This document shows positions 16,409-25,247 of a DNA stretch of 64,000 nt, piece after piece (the first letter of the stretch is position 1; every line of letters starts with the position of its first letter). The notes beneath the pieces were generated by a model, which did not search any database, was not told where the DNA came from, and was given only the letters and a program-made list of their open reading frames with translations. This DNA is from Elusimicrobia bacterium HGW-Elusimicrobia-3 (GTDB lineage: Bacteria > Elusimicrobiota > Elusimicrobia > Elusimicrobiales > UBA9959): NCBI GenBank assembly GCA_002840355.1, contig PHAL01000002.1:39278-103277 (forward strand), written 5' to 3'. A program made the translations under genes and the position numbers.

Positions 16409-17536
16409 ATGGGGACCTCTGACGCTGAGGAAAGGCTCGCTAGGGTCAGGCTGAATTTTTTCGCCTGCCACCGCAGCGACTGGCTGCTGCGCCTGCTGGA
16501 GCTGTACGGCGGCGCGGCTGAGCTGTTGCGGCGCCCTGCCCCGGAGCTGGCCGCCGCGGGCGGTCTGCTCCTTGAGACGGCCGAGCGCCTGCGCGCGCAG
16601 ACCGCGGCGGCCGACCCTGAAGCCGAACTGCTGTCCGCCGAAAAAGCCGGCGTCGCGGTATACACCGCCCTCGACGAGGGCTATCCGGAACTTCTCAAAA
16701 AGATCTACGACCCGCCGCTCGTGCTCTACGCGCGCGGCGGCCTGCGGCCCCTGCCGGCGGCCGCCATAGTGGGCACGCGCAAGGCCACGGCTTACGGCCT
16801 GCGTACCGCGGCCCGGCTGGCGCGGGAACTGGCGCAGGCCGGGGCGGCCGTGGTCAGCGGCCTGGCCCGCGGCATAGACACCGCGGCGCACCGCGCGGCG
16901 GTGGAGGCGGGCGGCGTAACCTGGGCGGCGCTGGGCACCGGGCTGAACTGCGTGTACCCCGAGGAGAACGCACGGCTGGCCGCCGAAATTGTGGAAAGCG
17001 GGGGCGCCCTTGTCTCCGAATTCCCGCTGGACAAGGGGCCGCTGCCGGCGAATTTTCCCCGTCGCAACAGGATCATCTCCGGGCTGTCGCTGGCTACCGT
17101 GGTGGTGGAGGGGGGCTTCGAGTCCGGGGCGCTGATCACCGCGCGCTTCGCCACGGAGCAGGGCCGCGAGGTGCTGGCCGTGCCCGGGCCGGTGGATTCC
17201 CCGGTCAGCCGCGGGCCTAATTTCTATATCAAGAACGGGGCTTACCCGGCCGAGAACGCGGAGGATATCATCGCCTGCTTCCCGCCGGACCAGCTATTCG
17301 GCCTGAAGCGGCGCCGGGCCGGAGCGCAGAGCCCGGCCGGGGCGGCCCTGCTGGAACTCTCTCCGGACGCGCTGGCGGCTTTCAACGCCATAGCCGGCCG
17401 CGAGGAAGGGCTGAACGCGGACGAGGTGACGGCGGCGCTGGGGTGGCAGGTGCAGCGGGCGGCCGCCGCGCTGTTCGAGCTAGAGGTGTCCTCCCTGCTG
17501 CTGTCGCGCAATGGCCGCTACTGCCGCGCGGTCTGA
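16409..17536 (+). CDS. dprA: DNA-processing protein DprA (Smf)
   Basis: IVGTRKATAYG...VVSGLARGIDTAAH...FPRRNRIISGLS...SGALITA motifs. Confidence 0.9.
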   Translation: MGTSDAEERLARVRLNFFACHRSDWLLRLLELYGGAAELLRRPAPELAAAGGLLLETAERLRAQTAAADPEAELLSAEKAGVAVYTALDEGYPELLKKIYDPPLVLYARGGLRPLPAAAIVGTRKATAYGLRTAARLARELAQAGAAVVSGLARGIDTAAHRAAVEAGGVTWAALGTGLNCVYPEENARLAAEIVESGGALVSEFPLDKGPLPANFPRRNRIISGLSLATVVVEGGFESGALITARFATEQGREVLAVPGPVDSPVSRGPNFYIKNGAYPAENAEDIIACFPPDQLFGLKRRRAGAQSPAGAALLELSPDALAAFNAIAGREEGLNADEVTAALGWQVQRAAAALFELEVSSLLLSRNGRYCRAV

Positions 17537-17548
17537 AACCACCGGGAC

Positions 17549-17665
17549 CGAGTGGGAACTGGCCCCGCGCTCATGGAAGAGGGAACCGTTGCGCGGTTCC
17601 CCCCGCCTGGGGTAATTATGGCGGGGCCCCCTTCCCCAAAATCGCGCGGAACCAGTCCCCACTCG
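17549..17665 (+). ncRNA. Candidate structured RNA (long closing helix plus two-hairpin tip); alternatively the dprA 3' UTR
   Basis: 17549-17570 pairs with 17644-17665 (19 of 22 positions). GGAAG (17575-79) pairs with CTTCC (17631-35). Hairpins are GGGAACCG/CGGTTCCC (17581-17601) and CCCGCC/GGCGGG (17602-17625). Confidence 0.35.
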
Positions 17666-17685
17666 ATCGTAGCTGCAAAGCGGCC

Positions 17686-17727
17686 GGGCCCCCGTATCGA
17701 GGGGGGAAACGGCGGGGGCTTTTGCTT
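17686..17727 (+). terminator. Intrinsic terminator candidate
   Basis: GCCCCCG (17688-94) pairs with CGGGGGC (17713-19), followed by TTTTGCTT. Confidence 0.5.
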
Positions 17728-17750
17728 ATATGGAATAAATATAATATTAT
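17722..17750 (+). promoter_or_regulatory. Putative sigma70-type promoter of topA
   Basis: TTGCTT, 17-nt spacer, TATTAT within an AT-rich island. The ATG lies 15 nt after the -10 element with no obvious SD. Confidence 0.4.
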
Positions 17751-17764
17751 AGATATCTAAATTT

Positions 17765-19936
17765 ATGGCTGAAAAAATTGAAAAACCCGTTAAACCTTCA
17801 AAGACCGCCAAGCGGCATCTCGTCATAGTGGAGTCTCCCACCAAGGAGAAGACCATAGGCCGCTTCCTGGACGCCAGTTACGTGGTGCGCAGCTCCTTCG
17901 GCCACGTGCGCGACCTGCCCAAGGACGAACTGGGCGTGGACGTGAAAGACAAATTCACCCCCAAGTACGTGCTGGTGGAGCGCGCCAAGAAGATCATCTC
18001 CGAGCTCAATACCATCGCCAAGAACGCCGACGTCATCTACCTGGCCACCGACCCCGACCGCGAGGGCGAGGCCATCAGCTGGCATTTGCGCGAGGCCATC
18101 AAGGCGGACGTGCCTTTCAAGCGCATCAGCTTCCACGAGATCACCAAGAGCGCCATAGAGGAATCCCTCAAGAGCCCCCGCGACCTGGACATGGCGCTGG
18201 TCAACGCCCAGCAGAGCCGCCGCATCATAGACCGCATCGTGGGCTACAAACTTTCGCCGCTGCTGTGGAGCAAGATCAAGAGCGGCCTGAGCGCCGGGCG
18301 CGTGCAGAGCGTCACCGTGCGCCTGATCGCCGAGCGCGCCAAGGAAATAGCCGCCTTCAAGGAAGAGGACTATTACACCCTTTACACCCGCCTCGCCAAG
18401 GAGATGCCCGAGGGCGACAAGAGCGGCTACAAGGATTTCGACTCCAAGCTGGTGCGCTGGGAAGGCGCCGCCGTGGAGCAGACGATACTGCTCAAGCTCT
18501 TCGCCGAGGATTACCGCTACAAGACCTCCGTCTTCAAGAAGCTCGAAGACACGGTGGAGGCGGGCACGCACCTGCGCAATTCGAAACTGACGGTGTCCAA
18601 GGTGGACGCCAAGGCGGTGCGCCAGAAGCCCAAGCCGCCGTTCATCACCAGCACGCTGCAGCAGGACGCCTACAACAAGCTGGGCTTCTCTTCGGACCGC
18701 ACGATGAAGGTGGCGCAGAGCCTCTACGAAGGCGTGGAGATGGACGGGGACCGCTCCGGTCTGATCACCTACATGCGTACCGACTCGTTCAACGTGTCTG
18801 GCGAGATGCAGAAAGAGGCCGCCAAGTTCATCAACGAGATCTACGGCAAGGATTTCTGCCCGGCCAAGCCGCCCACGTACCTGAAGAAGGTGAAGGGCGC
18901 GCAGGAAGCCCACGAGGCTATCCACCCCACCTCGGCCTATAAGCGGCCCGAGGAGGTCGCCAAGTTCCTCAATCCCGACCAGACCAAGCTCTACGACCTC
19001 ATCTGGCGCCGCTTCATGGCCAGCCAGATGGAAGAGGCGATCTTCGACTCGCTCTCCGTGGAATTCTCCGACGAAAAAGGCCGCTCCGTGCTGCGCACCA
19101 GCGGGCGCACCATCAAGTTCGAAGGCTACCTGAAGATCTACATGGAGGAGAAGGAAGAGGAGGTGGCAGGCGAGGACGAGGAAGGCTCGATGGCGCTGCC
19201 CCCGCTCAAGGAGGGCGACGTCGTCATCCTCAAGGACGTCTCCACCAAGTCGCACAAGACCAGCCCGCCGCCCAACTACAACGAGGCCAGCATCATCAAG
19301 ACGCTGGAAAAGCACGGCATCGGCCGCCCCTCCACGTACGCCGTCATCATCAAGAACATCATAGACCGCGGCTACATCAACCGCGAGAAGGACCGCAAGC
19401 TGCTGATCACGGACCTGGGCGCGCTGGTGACCGAGAAGCTCAAGGATTTCTTCAAGGACATCATGGAGATCTCCTACACGGCCTCCATCGAGGACAAGCT
19501 GGACGATATCGCCGACGGCAACATGGACTGGGTGAAGTTCATGCAGGATTTCTACGCCCCGTTCGCCGAGGAGCTGGCGACGGCCGAGAAGGACATGACC
19601 AAGTCCCGCCCGAACGTCATCAAGACCTCGGAGAAATGCCCGCTGTGCCTGAGCCCCATGGTGCAGCGCGAGAGCCGCTTCGGGAAGTACCTCTCCTGCT
19701 CGCGCTTTCCCAAGTGCAAGGGCAAGATCCCGCTCGACAAGGAAGGCAACAAGCAGGAGTACTTCGCGCCGATCAAGACCGGCAAGACCTGCTCCAAGTG
19801 CGGCAAGAACGAGATGCTGCTGCGCAAGAGCGCGCGCGGCTACTTCCTGGCCTGTTCCGGCTTCCCGAAATGCCGCAACATCGAGCAGCCCACCCCAGAG
19901 GAACTCGAGAGGCTGACCGGCCAGAAGCCGGCCTGA
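17765..19936 (+). CDS. topA: DNA topoisomerase I
   Basis: TOPRIM start (LVIVESPTKEKTI), DPDREGEAISWH, active-site region GLITYMRTDS, and C-terminal CxxC zinc ribbons. Confidence 0.95.
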   Translation: MAEKIEKPVKPSKTAKRHLVIVESPTKEKTIGRFLDASYVVRSSFGHVRDLPKDELGVDVKDKFTPKYVLVERAKKIISELNTIAKNADVIYLATDPDREGEAISWHLREAIKADVPFKRISFHEITKSAIEESLKSPRDLDMALVNAQQSRRIIDRIVGYKLSPLLWSKIKSGLSAGRVQSVTVRLIAERAKEIAAFKEEDYYTLYTRLAKEMPEGDKSGYKDFDSKLVRWEGAAVEQTILLKLFAEDYRYKTSVFKKLEDTVEAGTHLRNSKLTVSKVDAKAVRQKPKPPFITSTLQQDAYNKLGFSSDRTMKVAQSLYEGVEMDGDRSGLITYMRTDSFNVSGEMQKEAAKFINEIYGKDFCPAKPPTYLKKVKGAQEAHEAIHPTSAYKRPEEVAKFLNPDQTKLYDLIWRRFMASQMEEAIFDSLSVEFSDEKGRSVLRTSGRTIKFEGYLKIYMEEKEEEVAGEDEEGSMALPPLKEGDVVILKDVSTKSHKTSPPPNYNEASIIKTLEKHGIGRPSTYAVIIKNIIDRGYINREKDRKLLITDLGALVTEKLKDFFKDIMEISYTASIEDKLDDIADGNMDWVKFMQDFYAPFAEELATAEKDMTKSRPNVIKTSEKCPLCLSPMVQRESRFGKYLSCSRFPKCKGKIPLDKEGNKQEYFAPIKTGKTCSKCGKNEMLLRKSARGYFLACSGFPKCRNIEQPTPEELERLTGQKPA

Positions 19937-19954
19937 CCTCCGGCGGATGAAAAA

Positions 19955-19978
19955 GCCCGGGGCAGCCCGGGCTTTTTT
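19955..19978 (+). terminator. Intrinsic terminator after topA
   Basis: AAAAAGCCCGGG-GCAG-CCCGGGCTTTTTT. Confidence 0.75.
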
Positions 19979-20008
19979 ATTGATAGAATATCGGCAGGGG
20001 CGGAGTTT

Positions 20009-20749
20009 ATGCGAGCAAAAATACTTTTCGTGGACGACAATAAGGACCTCAGGGAGGATTTTCCCCTGTGGTTCCGCGAGTACGACGTGACCTGCGCCGC
20101 CAGCGGCGAAGAGGCCCTCGACCGCCTGCGCAAGCCCAACTCTTTCGCCCTCGTGCTGCTGGACGTCTACCTGCCCGGTATGGACGGCATCGCCGCCCTG
20201 GAAAAGATCAAGGCGCTGGCCCCCGAGAAGCCCGTGATCATCATGACCGGCTTCAGCAGCAAGGACATAGCCATACACGCGCTGACGGCAAAAGCCGACA
20301 ATTACATAGAGAAGCCTTTCTCCATAGCCGCCGCGCGCGCCGTCATTGAAAAGGAACTGGCGCGCTCCGGCGGCGAGGCCGCCCCCGGCGAGATGAGCAT
20401 GGCCGCCAAGATGGAGCATGTGCGCGGCTTCATCGAGGGCAACTGCTTCAAGAAGATAACTCTGAAAGACGCCGCCGAGGCCGTCTACCTCACTCCCAAG
20501 TATCTCAGCCGCGTCTTCCGCCAGTGGACGGGCATGGGCTTCAGCGATTATAAGCTGAAGGTCAAGATGGAGCAGGCGAGAAAACTGCTGCAGACTTCCG
20601 GCCTCACCGTCAAACAGATCTCGGCCAAGCTGGGCTACGCCAACGCCGAGTCCTTCATCCGGCAGTTCGAGAAGATACAGAAAATCGCCCCGTCGCGCTA
20701 CCGCGCGGCCAGTAACGGCAAGCGCCACCGGCGCCGCGCCTCGCTCTAA
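20009..20749 (+). CDS. Response regulator with AraC-type HTH output
   Basis: Receiver (ILFVDDN...LVLLDVYLPGMDG...EKPF) plus a C-terminal AraC HTH (GYANAESFIRQFEK). Confidence 0.9.
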   Translation: MRAKILFVDDNKDLREDFPLWFREYDVTCAASGEEALDRLRKPNSFALVLLDVYLPGMDGIAALEKIKALAPEKPVIIMTGFSSKDIAIHALTAKADNYIEKPFSIAAARAVIEKELARSGGEAAPGEMSMAAKMEHVRGFIEGNCFKKITLKDAAEAVYLTPKYLSRVFRQWTGMGFSDYKLKVKMEQARKLLQTSGLTVKQISAKLGYANAESFIRQFEKIQKIAPSRYRAASNGKRHRRRASL

Positions 20750-20878
20750 ACCCCACCAAGCGGAAAAAAGTCAATACAATGCGGAAACCGGCCATGGTAA
20801 GCCGGGCCGCCGCGGCGTATACTATGCCTAGCGGGGTTTTGTGCGGTGGGGGTAGCGTAGAAAGGGCGGTGATACGCT

Positions 20879-23008
20879 ATGGAAAATCTGGACGCTGAGA
20901 ATTTCGGCGCGCAATTGGACGCGTTGTTCGGGGGGAACTCTCCCCGGGCAGCGGTCGCGCCCAGGCCCGCGCAGGTCCCCGCGCCCCAGGCGCCGGCGCC
21001 CGCGGCCCCGGCCAGGGCGGCACTTCCGCCCGTCCCCGTCCCTAAACCTAAAGTATATACCGTGATCGTGGTGGACGATAATAAGGACTACCGCGACCTG
21101 GTCAGGCATTTGCTGAGCGTACACCACTTCAACGTGCTCGAGGCGGTGAACGGGGAAGAGGCGCTGCAGATGATCAACGCCAGCGTGCCGGACCTGGCGC
21201 TGGTGGATTTCAACATGCCCAAGATGAACGGCTACGAGCTGATACAGGAGGTGCGCAGCAATTACGAGCTCAAGAACATGCGCATCATCATGTTCACCGG
21301 CGCAGCCAACCGCCAGCACCTGAAGACGCTCAACATGAACATCTCCGACTTCCTGGACAAGCCGGTGCCCAACGCCAAGCTGCTGGAGAGCGTGAACCGT
21401 GCGCTGGGCATAGGCCAGAAGCCCGCGGCCCCGCCGCGCCGTCCCGCGGCGCCGGCCCCGGCCGCCGAGACGGTGGAGCCGCCGCCGCCAGGGGAGACGG
21501 GGCTGCAGATAGAGCGCTTCGGCCTGCCCGAGGAAGGTGAGGAACCGGCGGCCCCGCATTTCGAGCCGCCGCCCAGGCCGGTTTCGGTCGAGCTGCCGCC
21601 CGAGTCTGTCAGGCGGCCCGCGCCCGCGCCGGTCCCGGCCCCGGTGCAACTGCCGGAACCAGAGCCGGAGACGGCGGCCGAGCCGGAGGCTGAAGCGGTG
21701 CCCGAGCCGCAGGAACCGGAGGAAGTGGTGCCGGAGATGAACGAGGTCTTTACCCAGGAGGACGCGCAGGAGCTGGAGCTGATAGACGCCGACGCGGAGA
21801 AGAAGGAAGAGGCGACGGAAGTGGCGGGCATAGAGGCCCTGGAAAAGGATTCCCCGCTGATACAGATGGTCAACAAGATCCTCGTGCGGGCGGTGGAAAT
21901 GCGCGCCTCGGACATACACATGGAGCCGCAGGAGGACACGGTGGCCGTGCGCGTGCGCGTGGACGGCGTCCTGCGCCAGCTGACCACCCTGCCCATAACC
22001 ATACATCCCCGCGTGACCGCGCGCGTAAAGATCATGAGCAATTTGGTGATCACGGAGCGGCGCATACCGCAGGACGGCCAGTTCCGCGTCAACATCAAGG
22101 GCAACAAGATAGAGTTCCGCGTCAGCACGCTGCCCTGCATAAAGGGCGAGAAGATAGTGATGCGCGTGCTGGGCCAGAGCAAGCTGAATTCCGACCTGAG
22201 CAGCCTGGCACTGACGGAGCGCGAGCACCGCTGCGTGGAGGGGGCGCTGAAGAGCCCCCACGGGCTGATCCTCGTGACCGGCCCCACCGGCAGCGGCAAG
22301 ACCACCACGCTCTACACCATGATCAACGTGCTCAACAAGCCCGACGTGAATATCATGACGGCCGAGGACCCTGTGGAGTACGAGGTGCCCCACGTCAACC
22401 AGGTGAAGATCGTCCCCGCGGTGGGCCTTACGTTCGAGTCCACGCTGCGCGCCTTCCTGCGCCAGGACCCCGACATCATGCTGGTGGGCGAGATCCGCGA
22501 CCTGGAAACGGCGGAGATCTCCATCAAGGCCTCCATCACCGGCCACCTGGTCTTCTCCACGCTGCATACCAACAGCGCGCCGGCCACCGTGGTGCGCCTG
22601 ACGCATATGGGCGTGGCGCCTTTCCTGGTGGCGGCCAGCGTGAAGATGGTGATAGCCCAGCGGCTGGTGCGCACGCTGTGCCCGCATTGCAAGCGCCCTG
22701 GCCGGCTTTCCGAGGAGGACGCGCGCTTTCTGACCGACTCCGAAAAAGAAATGCTGAAAAAGGTCTGGCACGCCCCCGGCTGCCACCACTGCGGCCAGAG
22801 CGGTTACTCCGGCCGCAAAGCCCTGTTCGAGGTGATGCCGGTCGAGAGCTCGGCGATGCGCCAGCTCATCACCTCCAATTTCAACGTGGACATGCTCAGC
22901 GAACTCGCGGTAAAAGAGGGAATGACCACGCTGCGGCAGTCGGCCCTAACGGCGGTGGCGAACGGCAGCACCTCGATGGCGGAGGCGCTGAAGATAATGA
23001 TGGGGTAG
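20879..23008 (+). CDS. Receiver-domain-fused GspE/PilB-type secretion/pilus ATPase
   Basis: N-terminal REC (VIVVDDNKD...ALVDFNMPKMNG...DKPV), a Pro/Glu linker, then the GspE core: ASDIHMEP, Walker A GPTGSGKTT, Asp/His boxes, and the tetracysteine CPHC...CHHC. Confidence 0.9.
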   Translation: MENLDAENFGAQLDALFGGNSPRAAVAPRPAQVPAPQAPAPAAPARAALPPVPVPKPKVYTVIVVDDNKDYRDLVRHLLSVHHFNVLEAVNGEEALQMINASVPDLALVDFNMPKMNGYELIQEVRSNYELKNMRIIMFTGAANRQHLKTLNMNISDFLDKPVPNAKLLESVNRALGIGQKPAAPPRRPAAPAPAAETVEPPPPGETGLQIERFGLPEEGEEPAAPHFEPPPRPVSVELPPESVRRPAPAPVPAPVQLPEPEPETAAEPEAEAVPEPQEPEEVVPEMNEVFTQEDAQELELIDADAEKKEEATEVAGIEALEKDSPLIQMVNKILVRAVEMRASDIHMEPQEDTVAVRVRVDGVLRQLTTLPITIHPRVTARVKIMSNLVITERRIPQDGQFRVNIKGNKIEFRVSTLPCIKGEKIVMRVLGQSKLNSDLSSLALTEREHRCVEGALKSPHGLILVTGPTGSGKTTTLYTMINVLNKPDVNIMTAEDPVEYEVPHVNQVKIVPAVGLTFESTLRAFLRQDPDIMLVGEIRDLETAEISIKASITGHLVFSTLHTNSAPATVVRLTHMGVAPFLVAASVKMVIAQRLVRTLCPHCKRPGRLSEEDARFLTDSEKEMLKKVWHAPGCHHCGQSGYSGRKALFEVMPVESSAMRQLITSNFNVDMLSELAVKEGMTTLRQSALTAVANGSTSMAEALKIMMG

Positions 23009-23012
23009 AGTT

Positions 23013-25220
23013 ATGAACCCTATAGACCAGGATTATACGGGCGCTCAAAGGGACCTCGGGCAGGAGAGGTACGGGATCCCTTATGAAGAGCTTTGCGCCG
23101 AATTCCTGGCCGCGGCCTCCAGGGCGGCCAAGAGCGCGGCCCTGTATTCCCTCAGCCACCCGGTAGTGATGGAATCTCTGGGCCGGGCCTACGCCTCGCT
23201 GGCGGAGGTGCTGGAAGCCAGCGGCGGCGGAGAACTGTCCGTTTCCTTCTCCAACGACGCCTGGATGTTCAACGGGCGCGCCGTACCGGTGGCCGGGGGA
23301 GACCCGCACGGCCTTGACGGCATGCTCAAGGCCCACGGAGTGCGCGGCTTGATCTTCGACCCGGGGGTCAGGCCCTCGGAGGTGGCGGCCCTCTGCGAAT
23401 TCCTCGGCGTCTCGCCCAGGGGTCAGACGGCCGGTACTTTCATGGCTTTCATGTCGGGCAGGGGAGTTGCCCATATACGCTCGGAGGAAGTGCGCTATGT
23501 GAAAGAGAGCGGCTACGCGGGCGGCATGGGGGCGCCCCAGGCGGCAGCCGCGCAAACCCCCGCAGTAAAGCCCCGGCCGGCGGTACTCGATCCCGCCCCC
23601 AAGGTGAGTCCCCGGCCGGCGGCTCAATTTCCGGATATAGCGCCAGCCCCGGCGGTAAGGCCGGCCAGGGCGCCGCTACCCGCGGCACCGCCCCCGCAGG
23701 TGCCCTCGCCCGGCGGCGGCCCCGGTGACCCGGCGGGCCGCGGCGGTACCGGGCGTGGTCCCGGGGAAGGGCCTGGCTCCGGCGGCGGCCAGGGCAAAGG
23801 GCAGGGCGCCGGCCAAGGAGGAGGGCGCGGAGCCGGCCAGGGCGCGGGACAAGGCGGCGGCCGCGGTGAAGGCCGTGGAGAGGGGCGCGGTGAAGGCCAG
23901 GGGAGTGGCCAGGGCGCGGGGCAAGGCGGCGGCCGGGGAGAAGGCCAGGGGAGTGGCCAGGGCAACGGCCAGGGCGGAGGCGCCGAGGGCGGGGCCGCTG
24001 GAGCCAGCCTGGGCGCGCTGCTGACCACGCTGGTGGAATCAGCGGTGAAGGACCCCCGCGAGCGCGTGAAGATGTACGAGGACACGCTCAAGATGCTGCG
24101 CGAGGGCATGGACCGGCAGATAGATCAGGCCACAAAGGTGATGGCGGCTGAGAAGGAGGAGATACTCAATACCCGCAACCGCACCGAGACCGTGCTGTCG
24201 CACGTGGCCGAGGGCAAGGTGATAGTGGACAAGGACGGCAGGATACTGATGATGAACCCCGCCGCCGAGCAGATCTCCGGCCACAGGCTTTCCGAAGTGG
24301 TGGGCAGGCACGTCAGCGAACACTTGAACCCGGCCGAACACATGCTGACCATCTCCAGGGACATGGACCTCTCCGCCGGAAATCCCATTACCGGCGAGGT
24401 GAGCGTGGCCGGCGACGAGATGGTGAGCGGCGCGCTGCGGCGCTCCATGGCCCTGCTGGAGGACGACCAGGGCCGCGTGGTAGGCGCCTACGCGACGCTG
24501 CCCGACATGACCAAGTTCAAGGAAGCCCAGCGCCTGCAGGACGAGTTCCTCTCGCGCGTCACGCACGACCTGCAGTCCCCGCTCTCCTCCATCAGCGCGG
24601 CGCTGGAGATCCTCACCGAGAGCGCCGCCGCCAAGCTCAGTTCCGACGAGTCCAACTTCCTCACTATAAGCCTGCGCAACAGCCGCCGCCTGACGGAGAT
24701 GATACGCGGCATACTGGATTTCTCCAAGCTCAAGGCCGGCAAGATGCCGGTGCACCCGGAGCCTATGCCGCTGAGCCCTATCCTCAACGAGGCGGTGGAC
24801 AGCCTGCTGCCCTGGGCCAAGACCAAGGGCGTGACGCTGACGCTGCGCGTCTGCAAGCCCGACGTCACGGTGCTGGCCGATCACGGCCGCATAGTGCAGG
24901 TGGTGACCAATCTGGTTTCCAACGCCATCAAGTCCACGCCCCCCGGCGGCGAGGTGATAGTGGCCGCCGCGCGGGCGCTCACTCCGGAGCACAGCGCGCT
25001 GGTGGGCGTGCGCGACACCGGCCCCGGCATCAGCAAGGAGAACATGGCCAAGATCTTCGAGCGCTTCGTGCAGCTCGAGGAGAGCGGCCCCCGCGAAGGC
25101 GTGGGCCTGGGCCTTTCCATCGTTAAAGAATTCGTGGCGCAGCATAAAGGGCGCGTCTGGGCCGAGAGCCCGGAGGGACAGGGCGCCACTTTCTATTTCA
25201 CGCTGCCCATGGCCGCCTAG
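23013..25220 (+). CDS. Soluble sensor histidine kinase (N-domain, Gly/Gln/Arg repeat, PAS, HisKA, HATPase_c)
   Basis: H-box FLSRVTHDLQSPL, N/G boxes (NAIKST, DTGPGIS, GVGLGLSI), and a PAS-like region (VIVDKDGRILMMNPAAEQISG). No TM segment seen. Confidence 0.9.
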   Translation: MNPIDQDYTGAQRDLGQERYGIPYEELCAEFLAAASRAAKSAALYSLSHPVVMESLGRAYASLAEVLEASGGGELSVSFSNDAWMFNGRAVPVAGGDPHGLDGMLKAHGVRGLIFDPGVRPSEVAALCEFLGVSPRGQTAGTFMAFMSGRGVAHIRSEEVRYVKESGYAGGMGAPQAAAAQTPAVKPRPAVLDPAPKVSPRPAAQFPDIAPAPAVRPARAPLPAAPPPQVPSPGGGPGDPAGRGGTGRGPGEGPGSGGGQGKGQGAGQGGGRGAGQGAGQGGGRGEGRGEGRGEGQGSGQGAGQGGGRGEGQGSGQGNGQGGGAEGGAAGASLGALLTTLVESAVKDPRERVKMYEDTLKMLREGMDRQIDQATKVMAAEKEEILNTRNRTETVLSHVAEGKVIVDKDGRILMMNPAAEQISGHRLSEVVGRHVSEHLNPAEHMLTISRDMDLSAGNPITGEVSVAGDEMVSGALRRSMALLEDDQGRVVGAYATLPDMTKFKEAQRLQDEFLSRVTHDLQSPLSSISAALEILTESAAAKLSSDESNFLTISLRNSRRLTEMIRGILDFSKLKAGKMPVHPEPMPLSPILNEAVDSLLPWAKTKGVTLTLRVCKPDVTVLADHGRIVQVVTNLVSNAIKSTPPGGEVIVAAARALTPEHSALVGVRDTGPGISKENMAKIFERFVQLEESGPREGVGLGLSIVKEFVAQHKGRVWAESPEGQGATFYFTLPMAA
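23740..23990 (+). repeat. Coding low-complexity Gly/Gln/Arg/Glu repeat with a 48-nt period near its end
   Basis: GAAGGCCAGGGGAGTGGCCAGGGC occurs twice, 48 nt apart. The translation is GQGKGQGAGQGGGRGAGQGAGQGGGRGEGRGEGRGEGQGSGQGAGQGGGRGEGQGSGQGNGQGGG. Confidence 0.8.
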
Positions 25221-25247
25221 CCTGCCGGCAAATGCTAAAATTTAGCC

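Noticed and set aside
17549-17665. 5S-rRNA-like or bacterial Y-RNA-like identity for the three-way-junction element
   Set aside because: Only the gross shape (long closing stem with two arms) is similar. No conserved 5S or Y-RNA sequence features are present, there is no rRNA operon, and there is no rsr (Ro) gene nearby.
20750-20878. Possible regulatory structure upstream of the REC-GspE gene (CCCCACC/GGTGGGG long-range pairing; TAGCGTA/TACGCTA hairpin abutting the ATG)
   Set aside because: The stems are short, there is no terminator, and the promoter (TATACT) and RBS assignments are weak. It is not distinguishable from chance in GC-rich DNA without comparative data.
23740-23990. Short-period repeats (here and at 5146-6470 and 7560-7810) as possible CRISPR or non-coding arrays
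   Set aside because: All are in frame inside long ORFs and encode low-complexity peptide repeats. There is no repeat-spacer organisation and there are no cas genes.
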